Notes under the pieces: generated by a model
The model's input: the letters and a program-made list of their open reading frames with translations, nothing else
Databases searched by the model: none
Told to the model about the DNA's origin: nothing
In this document: in pieces, positions 31,049 through 40,976 of the stretch
Layout of the letters: every line of letters begins with the position of its first letter
Position numbering within the stretch: position 1 is the stretch's first letter
Translations under genes and position numbers: made by a program
Virus record (IMG/VR): IMGVR_UViG_3300028831_000453
Location: 1 to 43,066 of that record
Length of the DNA stretch: 43,066 nt
Source: a virus
Reading direction: 5' to 3' (one strand)

Positions 31049-34000
31049 GTGCCACCGCGCTCAGTTGAGTCAGGCGGCAGCCGCTTCCGGCACTTCGAGC
31101 CGCTGTCGGGCGGGCTCGTCACGTCGCGTGACCCCGCGCTGCTCCAGCCGGGCGAGTTGAGCGACATGCGCAACGCGACCTACAAGCGCGGGTCACAAGC
31201 GCTCCACCGTGCGCCCGGCCGCCTGCTGTGGGCGACCGTCACCGCCAACGCCGCGAACGTGAATGGGCTGCGCGACGTGACGTTCGACAATGGCGACCAT
31301 TTCCTGGTCGCCCTTGCGACTGTCAACGGCTTCGGCCGCATCCGCACCAGTCCCGTTGGCGCGAGCGGCGCCGGGAGCTTCATCGACCTCGGCAACTTCG
31401 CGACCGCCATCCCCGGCGCAGCCAGCCTGGAGACTGTCCACTTCCGCAACCGGTTCTTCACCTTCAACGGCATCAGCTCGACCGCCGAGGATGCGCTGAC
31501 GACCAATGGCGTCATCTATCTGAGCGCCACGGCACCGGGACAGGTGCAGCCGCTCGGCCGCCAACACGGTCTGCTGCCCGTCAACTCGATCCCCCAGGTG
31601 ACGATCACCGGCGGCATCTTCAGCCAGACCGTGACCGGCTTCTACGAGTACTGGGTGACGGAGATCGCGAAGATCACTCAGGACGGCGCAGACCTGTTCC
31701 TGGAGAGCGGCTACACGGCGCAAGCCACAACCGTCCAGATCAGCGCCACCGGCAGCCAGGTGCCGATCATCCCGCGCCCGGTGTTCCGCAACACGATCTC
31801 CAACCGCTGGCGCGTCTATCGGAGCGCGGTGAAGCAGGACCCCACCGACCGCCTGTTCCCGATCGGCTTCGCGATCACCGATGACCTCTCGTCCGCCGAG
31901 TCGAGCCACAGTGACACGCAGACGGTCACGACCAGCAGCTTCAAGTTCCCGACCGCCTTCAACAGCGGCACCGTCTATAGCGGCTTCACCAACGCCTCGA
32001 ACATGGGCGCCGATGACGGCTCGACAGCCACCGCGCCGGTCGGTCTGTCCCGCCAAGGCTGCTACAGCTTCAACTTCAGCGGTATCAGCGGTGCCATAAA
32101 TGGCATCGAGCTGCTCATCAAAGCCAGCACCTCGACCGGCACCGCTCCCATCAAGGTCTATATCGGCAAGTCCGTCGCCGGATCGGGATTGTTCCTCGGC
32201 CAGGCCCCCGGCTACGACTCGAACTGGGGCAAGACCGGACTCGGCCAGTTGCTCGACTCGGGGCTGGTGGCGTCCAAGTCGGGAACTATCCTCACCACCG
32301 GCGCGAGCTTCACCACACTGACGCTCGGCGGCCAGAACGACCGCTGGTTCCCGACCGACAATCCCTACGCGCTTACTGCCGCCGACTTCAACGGCAACAA
32401 CGTGCTGATCGTCGTCGAGTTCAACAGCGCGACACAGACGCTCAACGTGGACTACGTCAAGGTCCGCCTCCACACGCTCGCCAGCGTCGAGACAGAGATA
32501 CCCTTCCCGAGCGTCAGCTACACCTTTGGTGACACGACGAGCTTCGTCCCCAAGAACGGCCCGCCGCCCTCGTCCACGACCGGCGACATCTACCAAGACA
32601 GCCTCGTGGTCAACGATGTCTCCAACAGCAGCCTGATCCGCTACAGCTATCCCGGCGAGCCGGAGAGCTTCCCCGGCACCTACTTCATCGACTTCGAGAC
32701 CGAGCGCAACGACATCGTGCGCGTCATCCGCGCGGTCAACAGCCGGCTCGTGGTGCTGCTCGACAGCTCGACGTGGCGCGTCAACTACCTGCCGAGCGAG
32801 CGCGACGCGAGCTTCGATCGCGGCAAAGCGATCGAGCCGATCACGCGCAGCTTCGGCTGCGTCAACGCGATGTGTGCTGCGACCTTCAGCATCACCGGGC
32901 GCACCGAGCAACTTGCGTTTGTCAGCCGCCAAGGTATCCACGCGACCGACGGCTACAACTTCGAGACCCTCACGGACGCGATCGACTGGCGCAAGGTGAT
33001 CTCGACCAGCGTCACAAGCTACCCCATCTGCCTCATCAACGACCCCGAGCAGCACGCGCTGATCCTGTACTACCGCAACGATACGCAGGTCGCGTCCCTC
33101 AGTGACTCGCTGCTCGGTCCGGTCAGCAACCAGTTCGAGACCTACTTCGCGCTTCGGCTCCATTATGGGACCGAACACCTCCGGGACGGAGGTCGGCTGC
33201 GCATCAGCGGCCCGACGCACATGCGCAACTATGACCCGGCGAGCGACACCTACGCCGGTCTGCGCAGCGCGTGGCCCGTCGTCCACACGAGCGGCAACTC
33301 GGTGATCTATCTTGGCTACGGCACCAGCCCAGCCGCAACGCAGCAAGGTCTCGTGGTGGACGACGTGCCGAGCGGTCACGTCTGGACGAGCTGGCAGACC
33401 AGCGCCAGCGCCGTCACCAATCTCTACACCAGCCTCAACAAGGCGGTCAGCAGTGATACGCTATACATCCAGTCCATCGACTCGGGCGTCGAGACCTATG
33501 CCGCCCAGTTGACGACGACGCTCGCGAACATGCCCGATCTGGACAACCACGTCCTGACGGTGCGCTGCCGCAAGACCAGCGCCATTCTCGCGGGGGACAA
33601 GTTCACCTTCCAGCTTCGCGTCGGCGTCGGCGGCACGCCGTTCTTCACGCGCTCGACGACGAGCGCCCTCTCGACCGGCTTCACGACCTATACCTTTCCG
33701 CTCACGACCGCCGAGCGGTTGCTCATCACGGACTACACGCAGCTTCAGCTGCTCGTGAGCTTCACCAGCACCAGCAGCAGCGGCGCTCGGTTCCAGGTGT
33801 CGTGGGCGCAGCTCGTGATCCCCGGCGTCGGCTCCACGGCGCCCGGCGCGGGCAAGGTGTTCTACGAGACCGGCCACGCTCTCCCGGCGCACGATCCCGG
33901 CATGAGCTTCACGACGCGCCGCTTCTATCTCGCGGGGATGGGCAACGAGTGGATATTCCAAACGCTGCGCGGATACATGGCATCACAGAGCGGCTCGCCG

Positions 34001-34228
34001 GTCATGACCTACACCGCGCTCAGCACGAAGACGAACTTCGCCGGTGAGGAGACTGTCCAGTCCCCCGAGTTCACCCTCAACGGTGAACTCATGCATCGCG
34101 TCAAGTTCAATCGCGGCACCGAGGGACTGCGCCTCCAGATGAACGTCATCGCCGACCACAACGACATGGGTGAGCAGATGCTCATCCTCGACGGCGAGCC
34201 GGGCGGTGAGGAGGACTCCCTCCTGTGA
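31049..34228 (+). CDS. Large tail structural protein (1059 aa), nozzle/tail-tubular-B/hub-like, function tentative
   Basis: GTG immediately follows the upstream TAG. It is the largest ORF, Ser/Thr/Gly-rich and beta-like. Its position matches the podovirus nozzle or stabilisation protein. Confidence 0.7.
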   Translation: MPPRSVESGGSRFRHFEPLSGGLVTSRDPALLQPGELSDMRNATYKRGSQALHRAPGRLLWATVTANAANVNGLRDVTFDNGDHFLVALATVNGFGRIRTSPVGASGAGSFIDLGNFATAIPGAASLETVHFRNRFFTFNGISSTAEDALTTNGVIYLSATAPGQVQPLGRQHGLLPVNSIPQVTITGGIFSQTVTGFYEYWVTEIAKITQDGADLFLESGYTAQATTVQISATGSQVPIIPRPVFRNTISNRWRVYRSAVKQDPTDRLFPIGFAITDDLSSAESSHSDTQTVTTSSFKFPTAFNSGTVYSGFTNASNMGADDGSTATAPVGLSRQGCYSFNFSGISGAINGIELLIKASTSTGTAPIKVYIGKSVAGSGLFLGQAPGYDSNWGKTGLGQLLDSGLVASKSGTILTTGASFTTLTLGGQNDRWFPTDNPYALTAADFNGNNVLIVVEFNSATQTLNVDYVKVRLHTLASVETEIPFPSVSYTFGDTTSFVPKNGPPPSSTTGDIYQDSLVVNDVSNSSLIRYSYPGEPESFPGTYFIDFETERNDIVRVIRAVNSRLVVLLDSSTWRVNYLPSERDASFDRGKAIEPITRSFGCVNAMCAATFSITGRTEQLAFVSRQGIHATDGYNFETLTDAIDWRKVISTSVTSYPICLINDPEQHALILYYRNDTQVASLSDSLLGPVSNQFETYFALRLHYGTEHLRDGGRLRISGPTHMRNYDPASDTYAGLRSAWPVVHTSGNSVIYLGYGTSPAATQQGLVVDDVPSGHVWTSWQTSASAVTNLYTSLNKAVSSDTLYIQSIDSGVETYAAQLTTTLANMPDLDNHVLTVRCRKTSAILAGDKFTFQLRVGVGGTPFFTRSTTSALSTGFTTYTFPLTTAERLLITDYTQLQLLVSFTSTSSSGARFQVSWAQLVIPGVGSTAPGAGKVFYETGHALPAHDPGMSFTTRRFYLAGMGNEWIFQTLRGYMASQSGSPVMTYTALSTKTNFAGEETVQSPEFTLNGELMHRVKFNRGTEGLRLQMNVIADHNDMGEQMLILDGEPGGEEDSLL

Positions 34229-35226
34229 GCGCCGGTGCGGTCAGGTGCAGCTATATCTACGAGCTGATGGCCGTCCCCAGCTTAGGGACGGGCGCTCCGC
34301 AAACCAGCCACATCGACGATCTCGCGGCAGTCGGCATCAACACGGTCATCGTCAAGATGAACCAGGACACGGCGACGCCGCTCCAGCTCGCGTACTGGTC
34401 GGCGCTCAGCGCCAAGGCCGCCGCCAAGAACGTCACCCTGATCCCCGTGTTCAACTGGCACAACGCGACCGCGCAGATGACGTACCGCGATCCCGACCGG
34501 GGCTACCTGACGAGCGCGGCGCTGGGCGGCGTCATCAGCCCGGTCATCCCCTGTCCCAACGATCCGACCTACATCCGCGCCCAACTCACGAACTTCGGCC
34601 AGCGGCTGCCCGGTACCACGAGCGTCATCTTCGATCGCGAGTTCCCCGGCTCCCCTGGCGGCTTCCATAGCTACGCGGTAGCGTGCCACTGCCTGCCGTG
34701 CCGACTCGACTACTATCGCAGCCTCAACTGTCCGGGCGGCAAGTGCTCGGTCGATCCGCTGACGATCGTGCTTCCGAGCGATGCCACACTGCTCGCGTTC
34801 CAGCAGACGTTGCACCAGTCGCTGGTCGCGCGGTATGCGGCGCAAGCCGCGTGGAGCCAGGTCGCGCTGCTCGACAACGACAGCGCGGATGTGTTCATCC
34901 ACGCGGCGATCGCCGGGCTCGTCGCCGCCGGCAAGACCGTCCGCGTGTTCAGCGAGTTGACCTACACGAGCGGCGGACCCGCGAGCCAATCGTATCCCGG
35001 CGCGACCGTCATCGGCGGCCTGTGGCTGGAGAAGTGGTCGCCCGCGAACCTCCAGACGCAGATCACAACGATGGGCGCCACGGGCTACTGGATATTCACG
35101 AGCTACAGCTTCTGGCTCGGGCAGACGGTCGTCGATACGACGGCTGCGCCCTACGACCTGCCGCTCGGCACCCCTGGCTCCTCGATCAGCCAGTACTACG
35201 CGGCACTGGCGGCGGTGAACACCTGA
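34225..35226 (+). CDS. Tail-module protein with alternating beta/alpha (TIM-barrel-like) pattern, possible glycosidase (333 aa), function tentative
   Basis: GTG overlaps the upstream stop (GTGA). Strand-like motifs GINTVIVKM, VTLIPVFNWHN, SVIFDREF, VRVFSELTY and GYWIFTSY. Cys cluster CHCLPC..C..C. Confidence 0.65.
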   Translation: MSAGAVRCSYIYELMAVPSLGTGAPQTSHIDDLAAVGINTVIVKMNQDTATPLQLAYWSALSAKAAAKNVTLIPVFNWHNATAQMTYRDPDRGYLTSAALGGVISPVIPCPNDPTYIRAQLTNFGQRLPGTTSVIFDREFPGSPGGFHSYAVACHCLPCRLDYYRSLNCPGGKCSVDPLTIVLPSDATLLAFQQTLHQSLVARYAAQAAWSQVALLDNDSADVFIHAAIAGLVAAGKTVRVFSELTYTSGGPASQSYPGATVIGGLWLEKWSPANLQTQITTMGATGYWIFTSYSFWLGQTVVDTTAAPYDLPLGTPGSSISQYYAALAAVNT

Positions 35227-36545
35227 TGCGCGACTACCACGGCAGCCTGCTCGGCATCGGCCAGGAGCATCCCTCGGATCATCACGTCAACCGCGAGCTG
35301 CGCCGCGTGTGGTACACGGTCAGTCAGATCGACACGGCGCTACGCGAACTCGGTCCGGCGGCGCTCCGCATCACCAACAACCAGCAGCCCAACGGTAGCG
35401 GCTCGGCGATCGCGCCACCGTTCGACATGACGATCCTCAACGATTACGTGCTCATGCCCGGTCGCGCCGCAGACCAGATCGTCAACGCGCTCGCGGCCAC
35501 GAACGTCGCCCTCACGGCGCGCGGCACCACCGCCCAAAGCGCCGACATCTTCCGCATCCAGAGCGTCAGCGGCTCCAACTGGCTGCGCGTCGCGGCCGAC
35601 GGCCAGACCACGCTCGGCAGCAGCACCACCGCCGGGATGCTCAACCTGCCGTTCAACGCCGGCGGCACCAATCTCCGCTCCGGCACCGACGGCTCCAGTG
35701 GCATGCTGCTGCTGCGCCCCACCAGCACCGACATGATCGTGGATTGCACCAACAGCAGCGCCGTCACGCGCACACAGTTTCAGTCCGTGACCAACTACCA
35801 GTGGGTGTTCAACGGGACGACGCGGCTCGTCCCCAAGTCCGGCGACACTCAGACCAACGTCACGCTGCTAGTGGATCGCGTGTCGGCCGGTCAGACCGGC
35901 GACATGGCTCAATTCCGCGACGAGTCAGCGGTAGTGATGGCGCACGTCACGAAAGATGGATATTACGAGACGCGCCAGCTACTGCTCGACGGCTCGACCA
36001 GCGGGACGATTACGATCAAGCCGCCGGCCGCACCAACCAGCCACACCCTGACGCTCCCCGCTGCTCCTGTCGCGGGCGGCAGCCTCCAGACCGACGCGGG
36101 CGGCATCCTGTCATGGGTCGTGGGCGCCGCCACGACGATCGCCGTCGATAAGAACGGGACGCTGGTAGGCACGCGCGGCACCCTCAACTTCATCGAGGGC
36201 ACAAACGTCACGCTGACGGTCGCCGACAACGCCGGCGCCGGGCGCGTGGATGTGACAATCGCCTCAACGACTGGAGCAGCTGGACCAGTGACGAGCGTCA
36301 GCGCCGCCTACACGGCGCTCTCGACCGACAGCATCATCCTCGCGAACGGCACGTTCGCCGTCACCCTGCTCTCGGCGGTGACGGCGGGCTCGGGGCACCT
36401 GCTGGAGGTCAAGAATGTCGGCACCGGCATCGTGACCGTTCTGCCGGCTGGCGCCGAGACCATTGACGGTGACAGCTCGATGATCTTGCTTAATGAAGAC
36501 GCGATCGACCTCGTCTCCGACGGCTCGAACTGGCAGGTGGTGTGA
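35226..36545 (+). CDS. Tail fibre protein (439 aa)
   Basis: The ATG shares its A with the upstream TGA. Ser/Thr/Gly/Asn-rich. The C-terminal TLLSAVTAGSGHLLEVKNVGTGIVTVLPAGAETIDG...LVSDGSNWQVV resembles a common fibre C-terminal module. Confidence 0.7.
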   Translation: MRDYHGSLLGIGQEHPSDHHVNRELRRVWYTVSQIDTALRELGPAALRITNNQQPNGSGSAIAPPFDMTILNDYVLMPGRAADQIVNALAATNVALTARGTTAQSADIFRIQSVSGSNWLRVAADGQTTLGSSTTAGMLNLPFNAGGTNLRSGTDGSSGMLLLRPTSTDMIVDCTNSSAVTRTQFQSVTNYQWVFNGTTRLVPKSGDTQTNVTLLVDRVSAGQTGDMAQFRDESAVVMAHVTKDGYYETRQLLLDGSTSGTITIKPPAAPTSHTLTLPAAPVAGGSLQTDAGGILSWVVGAATTIAVDKNGTLVGTRGTLNFIEGTNVTLTVADNAGAGRVDVTIASTTGAAGPVTSVSAAYTALSTDSIILANGTFAVTLLSAVTAGSGHLLEVKNVGTGIVTVLPAGAETIDGDSSMILLNEDAIDLVSDGSNWQVV

Positions 36546-37204
36546 TGAGCTATTTCGCCAAGGTCCGCATCCTCGACTCGCAGGGCCGCGTCATCGATCC
36601 TGCGACTAAGCCCGACCGCGAGCCAGCTAGCGAGGAGACGCTTCAGGAGCTGGGGCTCACGATCGAGGACCTGCTCAAGCGGCTCAAGTTCTCGATCTCG
36701 CTCGACGGTTCGACGATTGCGTCGCTGCCGATCACGGGCCAGGTCAGCATCGTGGGCAGCGTCGCCACAACCACTACATCACCCACGCAGACGCAGCTCA
36801 TCGCCCCGGCCGTCGATGACGGCGGCCGCGTCCGCACCGTCATGGAGTCGAGCCAGAATGTCGAAGCTGCCCTGGCCGACATCAGCATGCGGATGCTGAC
36901 GGAGGACGAGTGGAAGATGCGCACCCTCGGACCCGCTCGCACCGCCGTCGTGCGCAACGTCACGGTCGGCAGCGTCAGCACGACGCTTGCCGCCGCCAAC
37001 ATCAATCGCAAGGCTCTCAGCATCGGCAACGACAGCGCGACCAGCCTGTTCGTCAAGTGCGGCTTCAACGTCAGTAGTTCCGACTATACAGTCCTGATCC
37101 CAACCAACTCCTACTTCGAACTCCCGCAGCCCATCTACGTCGGCCAAGTCGATGCCGTCGCCCTGTCCGGCACCATCGCCGTCCACGTCACCGAATATAG
37201 CTAG
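36542..37204 (+). CDS. Tail or fibre-associated structural protein (220 aa)
   Basis: GTGATG start region overlaps the upstream stop. Beta-rich C-terminal half. Confidence 0.65.
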   Translation: MMSYFAKVRILDSQGRVIDPATKPDREPASEETLQELGLTIEDLLKRLKFSISLDGSTIASLPITGQVSIVGSVATTTTSPTQTQLIAPAVDDGGRVRTVMESSQNVEAALADISMRMLTEDEWKMRTLGPARTAVVRNVTVGSVSTTLAAANINRKALSIGNDSATSLFVKCGFNVSSSDYTVLIPTNSYFELPQPIYVGQVDAVALSGTIAVHVTEYS

Positions 37205-37213
37205 GAGCCCAAC

Positions 37214-37828
37214 ATGCTCGCAGAAGGCAGAGTCGGTCCCGCAACACTCGTCGATGGCGCAGTCAAGGAGCTTCGCACTGACCGGCAGGGCAATACCGTC
37301 GTCGTAAATGGTCACGGCTACTACACGGAACCGAGCTACCGACAGCGGTTGTTCGTGGCGCAAGCCATCGTCACGGCCCCGGTCATCTACACCACCGCCG
37401 CCGGCACCGGCGGCCCGCTGATCTGGAACGGTTCGACCAGCTTCAATGTGAATATCTTGAAGGTGGGCTATGCGCTGACCACAGCATCGGGCGCTACCGG
37501 GGCACTCGGTTTCACCGGCAACACCGGCCAGACCTCGGCCCCCTCAGCGACGACGGCCATCGACGGCTCCCGCAACCTGTTCTTGGGCGGTCCCGCCAGC
37601 GCTGCGACTGCCTACCGTATCGGTACCGTCACCAACGCCGGTAACTTTCTGATGCCATTCACCGGCCTGCTCAACGCAGGCACGATTCCTACCGCCGGGC
37701 TCCAGTGGCTTGATCTGGACGGCATCCTGACCGTTCCGCCCAATTCATGGTGCGCTGTTGCGGCTAGTGCCACCCTCACCAGCGCCGTGCTCCAGATCGC
37801 GGTCGTGTGGGAGGAGATTCCAGTCTAA
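37214..37828 (+). CDS. Tail or fibre-associated structural protein (204 aa)
   Basis: The ATG follows TAGGAG. Gly/Thr/Ala-rich and beta-like. Confidence 0.65.
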   Translation: MLAEGRVGPATLVDGAVKELRTDRQGNTVVVNGHGYYTEPSYRQRLFVAQAIVTAPVIYTTAAGTGGPLIWNGSTSFNVNILKVGYALTTASGATGALGFTGNTGQTSAPSATTAIDGSRNLFLGGPASAATAYRIGTVTNAGNFLMPFTGLLNAGTIPTAGLQWLDLDGILTVPPNSWCAVAASATLTSAVLQIAVVWEEIPV

Positions 37829-38889
37829 TGCCACTCTTCCGTGGGCAGAACACTGACTTCCCGAACGGCCTGACCGCCGAAGGTCCGCTCGTGGTCAGTG
37901 TCCCGAGCAGCGCCGGCAGCGACTTCTTGACGCTCAAGGACACGCTGACGGGCCATCAGGTCGGCATCCAGACCAATGGTCTTGCCACCGACCCTGACGT
38001 TACGCATAAATTCCAGACCACCGCTGGCGGTCAGCTCGTCCACGATGGCGCAAGCGGTACGTTCGACATGCTCGGCACCTATCACTTCAAGGGAGGCCTG
38101 ACCCAATTCGGAGACAGCGTCGATAACGAGACGCTGGCCTCGTTCAAGACCGCCGTTCAGGGAGCCAACGTTGACTTCCTCACCGTCACTGATACGAGCA
38201 GCCTGAGCAACGGCTTCACGATCTCATTAGGTCTGGCAACATCACCAACCAACAACGTGCGCATCGCATTCCCCACATCGGCGGTCGCCGCGACGCTCGT
38301 CACCACGTCCAGCACCGACAGCTTGAGCAACAAGACGCTCTCCGGCCCCGGTGCCATCAAGTGCGGCACGAACACCTCGCTGCAGATGAAGTTTCTGAAC
38401 GCAAGCAGCCTGACGCAGTTCATGATGCTCGACACGAGCGCTATCACCGGGCAGCGCAACATGGCTTGGCCGGACGAAGCCGGCCAGCAGAGCGTCACCG
38501 GCAATCAGGCTGTCGGAAGCGGATCCAACGCCACGGCCCGCGCTCCCGGCAAAGTGGATGTCACCAATCAGGGTGCCGACTTCACACAGGCGCAGATCGT
38601 CACCAGCCCAACCGCTGGCTTCTGGCGGCTCGACAGCTACCTCGAATGCACGACCAGCGCCGTCGGTGCCGGCACCATGACCACCACTTGGGGCTGGACG
38701 GACGATGTTGGCGCAACGACCGACGCCTCGCAGACGCTGGTGCTGACCGCGACGGGGCGCGCCACGCTCGGTAGCGATACTCGCATTGTCTACGTGGCAA
38801 GCGGCCACATTACGGTCAAATGCCTCATCACCGGCAGCTACTCGACGGCGAAGTATGCCTTCCGCGCCCGCGCAACCTTCTTGGGGTAG
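37828..38889 (+). CDS. Tail fibre or receptor-binding-like protein (353 aa)
   Basis: The ATG shares its A with the upstream TAA. Ser/Thr-rich, with fibre-like TDSLSNKTLSG motifs. Confidence 0.65.
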   Translation: MPLFRGQNTDFPNGLTAEGPLVVSVPSSAGSDFLTLKDTLTGHQVGIQTNGLATDPDVTHKFQTTAGGQLVHDGASGTFDMLGTYHFKGGLTQFGDSVDNETLASFKTAVQGANVDFLTVTDTSSLSNGFTISLGLATSPTNNVRIAFPTSAVAATLVTTSSTDSLSNKTLSGPGAIKCGTNTSLQMKFLNASSLTQFMMLDTSAITGQRNMAWPDEAGQQSVTGNQAVGSGSNATARAPGKVDVTNQGADFTQAQIVTSPTAGFWRLDSYLECTTSAVGAGTMTTTWGWTDDVGATTDASQTLVLTATGRATLGSDTRIVYVASGHITVKCLITGSYSTAKYAFRARATFLG

Positions 38890-38895
38890 AACGAC

Positions 38896-39093
38896 ATGGC
38901 AACCGCCAGCGCCCGCATCGATCGCAGCATCAACAATGGTCCATATGTATATACTCTCGCCATCGATGGCGTCGTCCAGAAGACGGAGATCGGCATCGCC
39001 AGCGTCAACGCCGCCATCGATCTCATCAAGCCGCAGATCGCCGCGATCCCCGGCACCATCCAGATCGCCACTCTGACCGTGACGGTCGGCTAG
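38896..39093 (+). CDS. Small hypothetical protein (65 aa)
   Basis: ATG start. Sits between the fibre and internal-protein genes. Confidence 0.55.
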   Translation: MATASARIDRSINNGPYVYTLAIDGVVQKTEIGIASVNAAIDLIKPQIAAIPGTIQIATLTVTVG

Positions 39094-39101
39094 GAGTCAC
39101 G

Positions 39102-39692
39102 ATGAATCCACTCATGCTAGCCCTGATGAACATCGGCGGCGGCGCGTTCGGCGGCCTGCTCGGGCAGCTATTCGGCGGCGGCCAGCAGCGCTATCGGCAG
39201 CAGATGATGCAGGCCGCGAGCCCGCAGCACCTGCTCGCGCTCCACAACATGCTCTACAACCAGTTCCTTGGCAGCCCGGCGTACACGCAGGCCGCCGGCG
39301 GCGCGTTCCAGCGCGGCAATGCCCTTCAGAATAACTTGGCCAGCTCGCTGGCCGCGCGCGGCCTCGGGACAAGCGGCATCGGCTCAATCGCGGGGCCGCT
39401 CGCCCAGTCGAGCGCCGCCGGCCAGCTAGGTCAGTTGCGCACGGGCGCCTATGGCGCCGCCGGCCAGCAGGCCGGGATGCTGCAGCGCAACGAACTGGCG
39501 GGACTCCAAGGCGCCGGTCCCCCTCAACAGAACCAGTTCGCGGCCGGCCTGGGCGGCGGCATCAGCGACTTCGCGCAACTGCTGCCCTACCTGATGGGCG
39601 GCGCGGGCATGAACGCCGGCATGCCGAGCGGCGCCCTCAACAACCTGCGCCGCGGCGGCAGTGACTGGTACACCTTGCCGCAGCCGAGGTAG
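39102..39692 (+). CDS. Gly/Gln/Ala-rich internal-virion-like protein (196 aa)
   Basis: ATG 39102 follows TAGGAG, in the tail of ORF 38820..39692. Hydrophobic N-terminus MNPLMLALMNIGGGAFGGLLG. Confidence 0.65.
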   Translation: MNPLMLALMNIGGGAFGGLLGQLFGGGQQRYRQQMMQAASPQHLLALHNMLYNQFLGSPAYTQAAGGAFQRGNALQNNLASSLAARGLGTSGIGSIAGPLAQSSAAGQLGQLRTGAYGAAGQQAGMLQRNELAGLQGAGPPQQNQFAAGLGGGISDFAQLLPYLMGGAGMNAGMPSGALNNLRRGGSDWYTLPQPR

Positions 39693-39698
39693 CGCGCG

Positions 39699-40976
39699 AT
39701 GGCACCTTTCGGATTCGGAGTCCCACTCGGGCCGCCGGGCGCCGCGCCGGACGACCCCCAACTGAGCGACCTGCTCACGAGCCTCGCTCAGCGCACGCTC
39801 GAAGCGCAGCAGGCGCAGCAGCAGGCCGGATCGGCGTACACGAGTGCCGCCAGCGCGCCGGGACCGACGATCAATCCGCTGATGGCCGGTCTGGCTGGCG
39901 GTTTGTCACGAGTCGCGGCGGGTCTCGGAGCGACCCAAGCGCCCGCTCAAACCGCCGCCGCCATCCGCCAGCAGCACGCGGAGCTGACGCAGCAGCGGCT
40001 CCAGAATCTCGCCTCGCTCCAGACCGACTACGCCACGAAGGCCAAGCAGGCGCAGGACATCGGCGATCTGGAGACGCAGATCAAGTACAAGTCGCTCGCG
40101 GACAAGGTGGCGCAGAAGCGGCAGGAGCTGCACGAGACGCACCTGGAGACGGTGGCGCAGCGGAATCTCGACGCGGCTGACGTGCGCTCCAAACGCGCCT
40201 CCGATACCGCCATCAAGGTCGCTCAGATTCACGAAGCGGGACAGGCCGCGCGCGATGCGGCGAAGGCTGCTGCCGCCGCCAGCGGCAACGCGAGCGACCT
40301 TCTGGAAGCATCCCTCCAGGAGGTCTCGACCTCGACCGGCGAAAAGTATCGCTACGCCGACGCGACCAACGTCTCGAAGGGCAGGCCGATGATGTCCCTT
40401 CAGAGCGCCGCCAACGCGCAGAAGCTCCCCGTCCTCGACCCCAAGAGTTCCGACACCGTCAAGACCGCCGAAGATGTGGCGCAGCGTTTGTCGGACGCGT
40501 ATGGGATGATCAAGGACAAGCTGCCCGAGAGCGTCTGGAGCGGGAAGGGTGCTATGAACACCTGGAACGCCCTGACCGAGCACGATCCCGCGCTCGCCGC
40601 ATACAAATCCACGCGTCCCCAGCTGATCGGTCTGTTGCAGGGAATGGTCACGCGCGGACTGCGCATCACCGACAGAGAGGTTAGGCTGCTGGTCGATAGC
40701 CTTCCCACGCTGCTCGACAACCGCTCCACCGCCGACCAGAAGGTGGGAACCTTCCACAAGACGCTCGACAACATCATCAAGCGCAACGTCACGCGGGGGG
40801 CGGCGCTCAACGGCGGTGGCTCAGCGCCAGCCGCGACTCCGGCAGCACCGGCGGCCGCGCCCGCGACGGGCCAGACCGTCATGATGAAGTGGCCCGACGA
40901 TCCGCGCGCAGTCCCGGTGCCGGCGGGTGAGGTCGCGGACGCGATCCGGACCGGTGCCAAGCGGATACGCCAGTGA
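39699..40976 (+). CDS. Internal-virion or ejection-like protein (425 aa), Ala/Gln-rich coiled coil
   Basis: Assigned on composition and on its position after the fibres and before lysis. No enzymatic motif seen. Confidence 0.65.
   Translation: MAPFGFGVPLGPPGAAPDDPQLSDLLTSLAQRTLEAQQAQQQAGSAYTSAASAPGPTINPLMAGLAGGLSRVAAGLGATQAPAQTAAAIRQQHAELTQQRLQNLASLQTDYATKAKQAQDIGDLETQIKYKSLADKVAQKRQELHETHLETVAQRNLDAADVRSKRASDTAIKVAQIHEAGQAARDAAKAAAAASGNASDLLEASLQEVSTSTGEKYRYADATNVSKGRPMMSLQSAANAQKLPVLDPKSSDTVKTAEDVAQRLSDAYGMIKDKLPESVWSGKGAMNTWNALTEHDPALAAYKSTRPQLIGLLQGMVTRGLRITDREVRLLVDSLPTLLDNRSTADQKVGTFHKTLDNIIKRNVTRGAALNGGGSAPAATPAAPAAAPATGQTVMMKWPDDPRAVPVPAGEVADAIRTGAKRIRQ

Noticed and set aside
38940-38955. 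TATA-rich patches resembling the promoter-like elements (CATATGTATATAC at about 38943; GGTATATATAG at about 20895)
   Set aside because: Both lie inside well-supported coding frames (encoding PYVYT and VVYIE) with no gap or -35-like element. They are probably coincidental.
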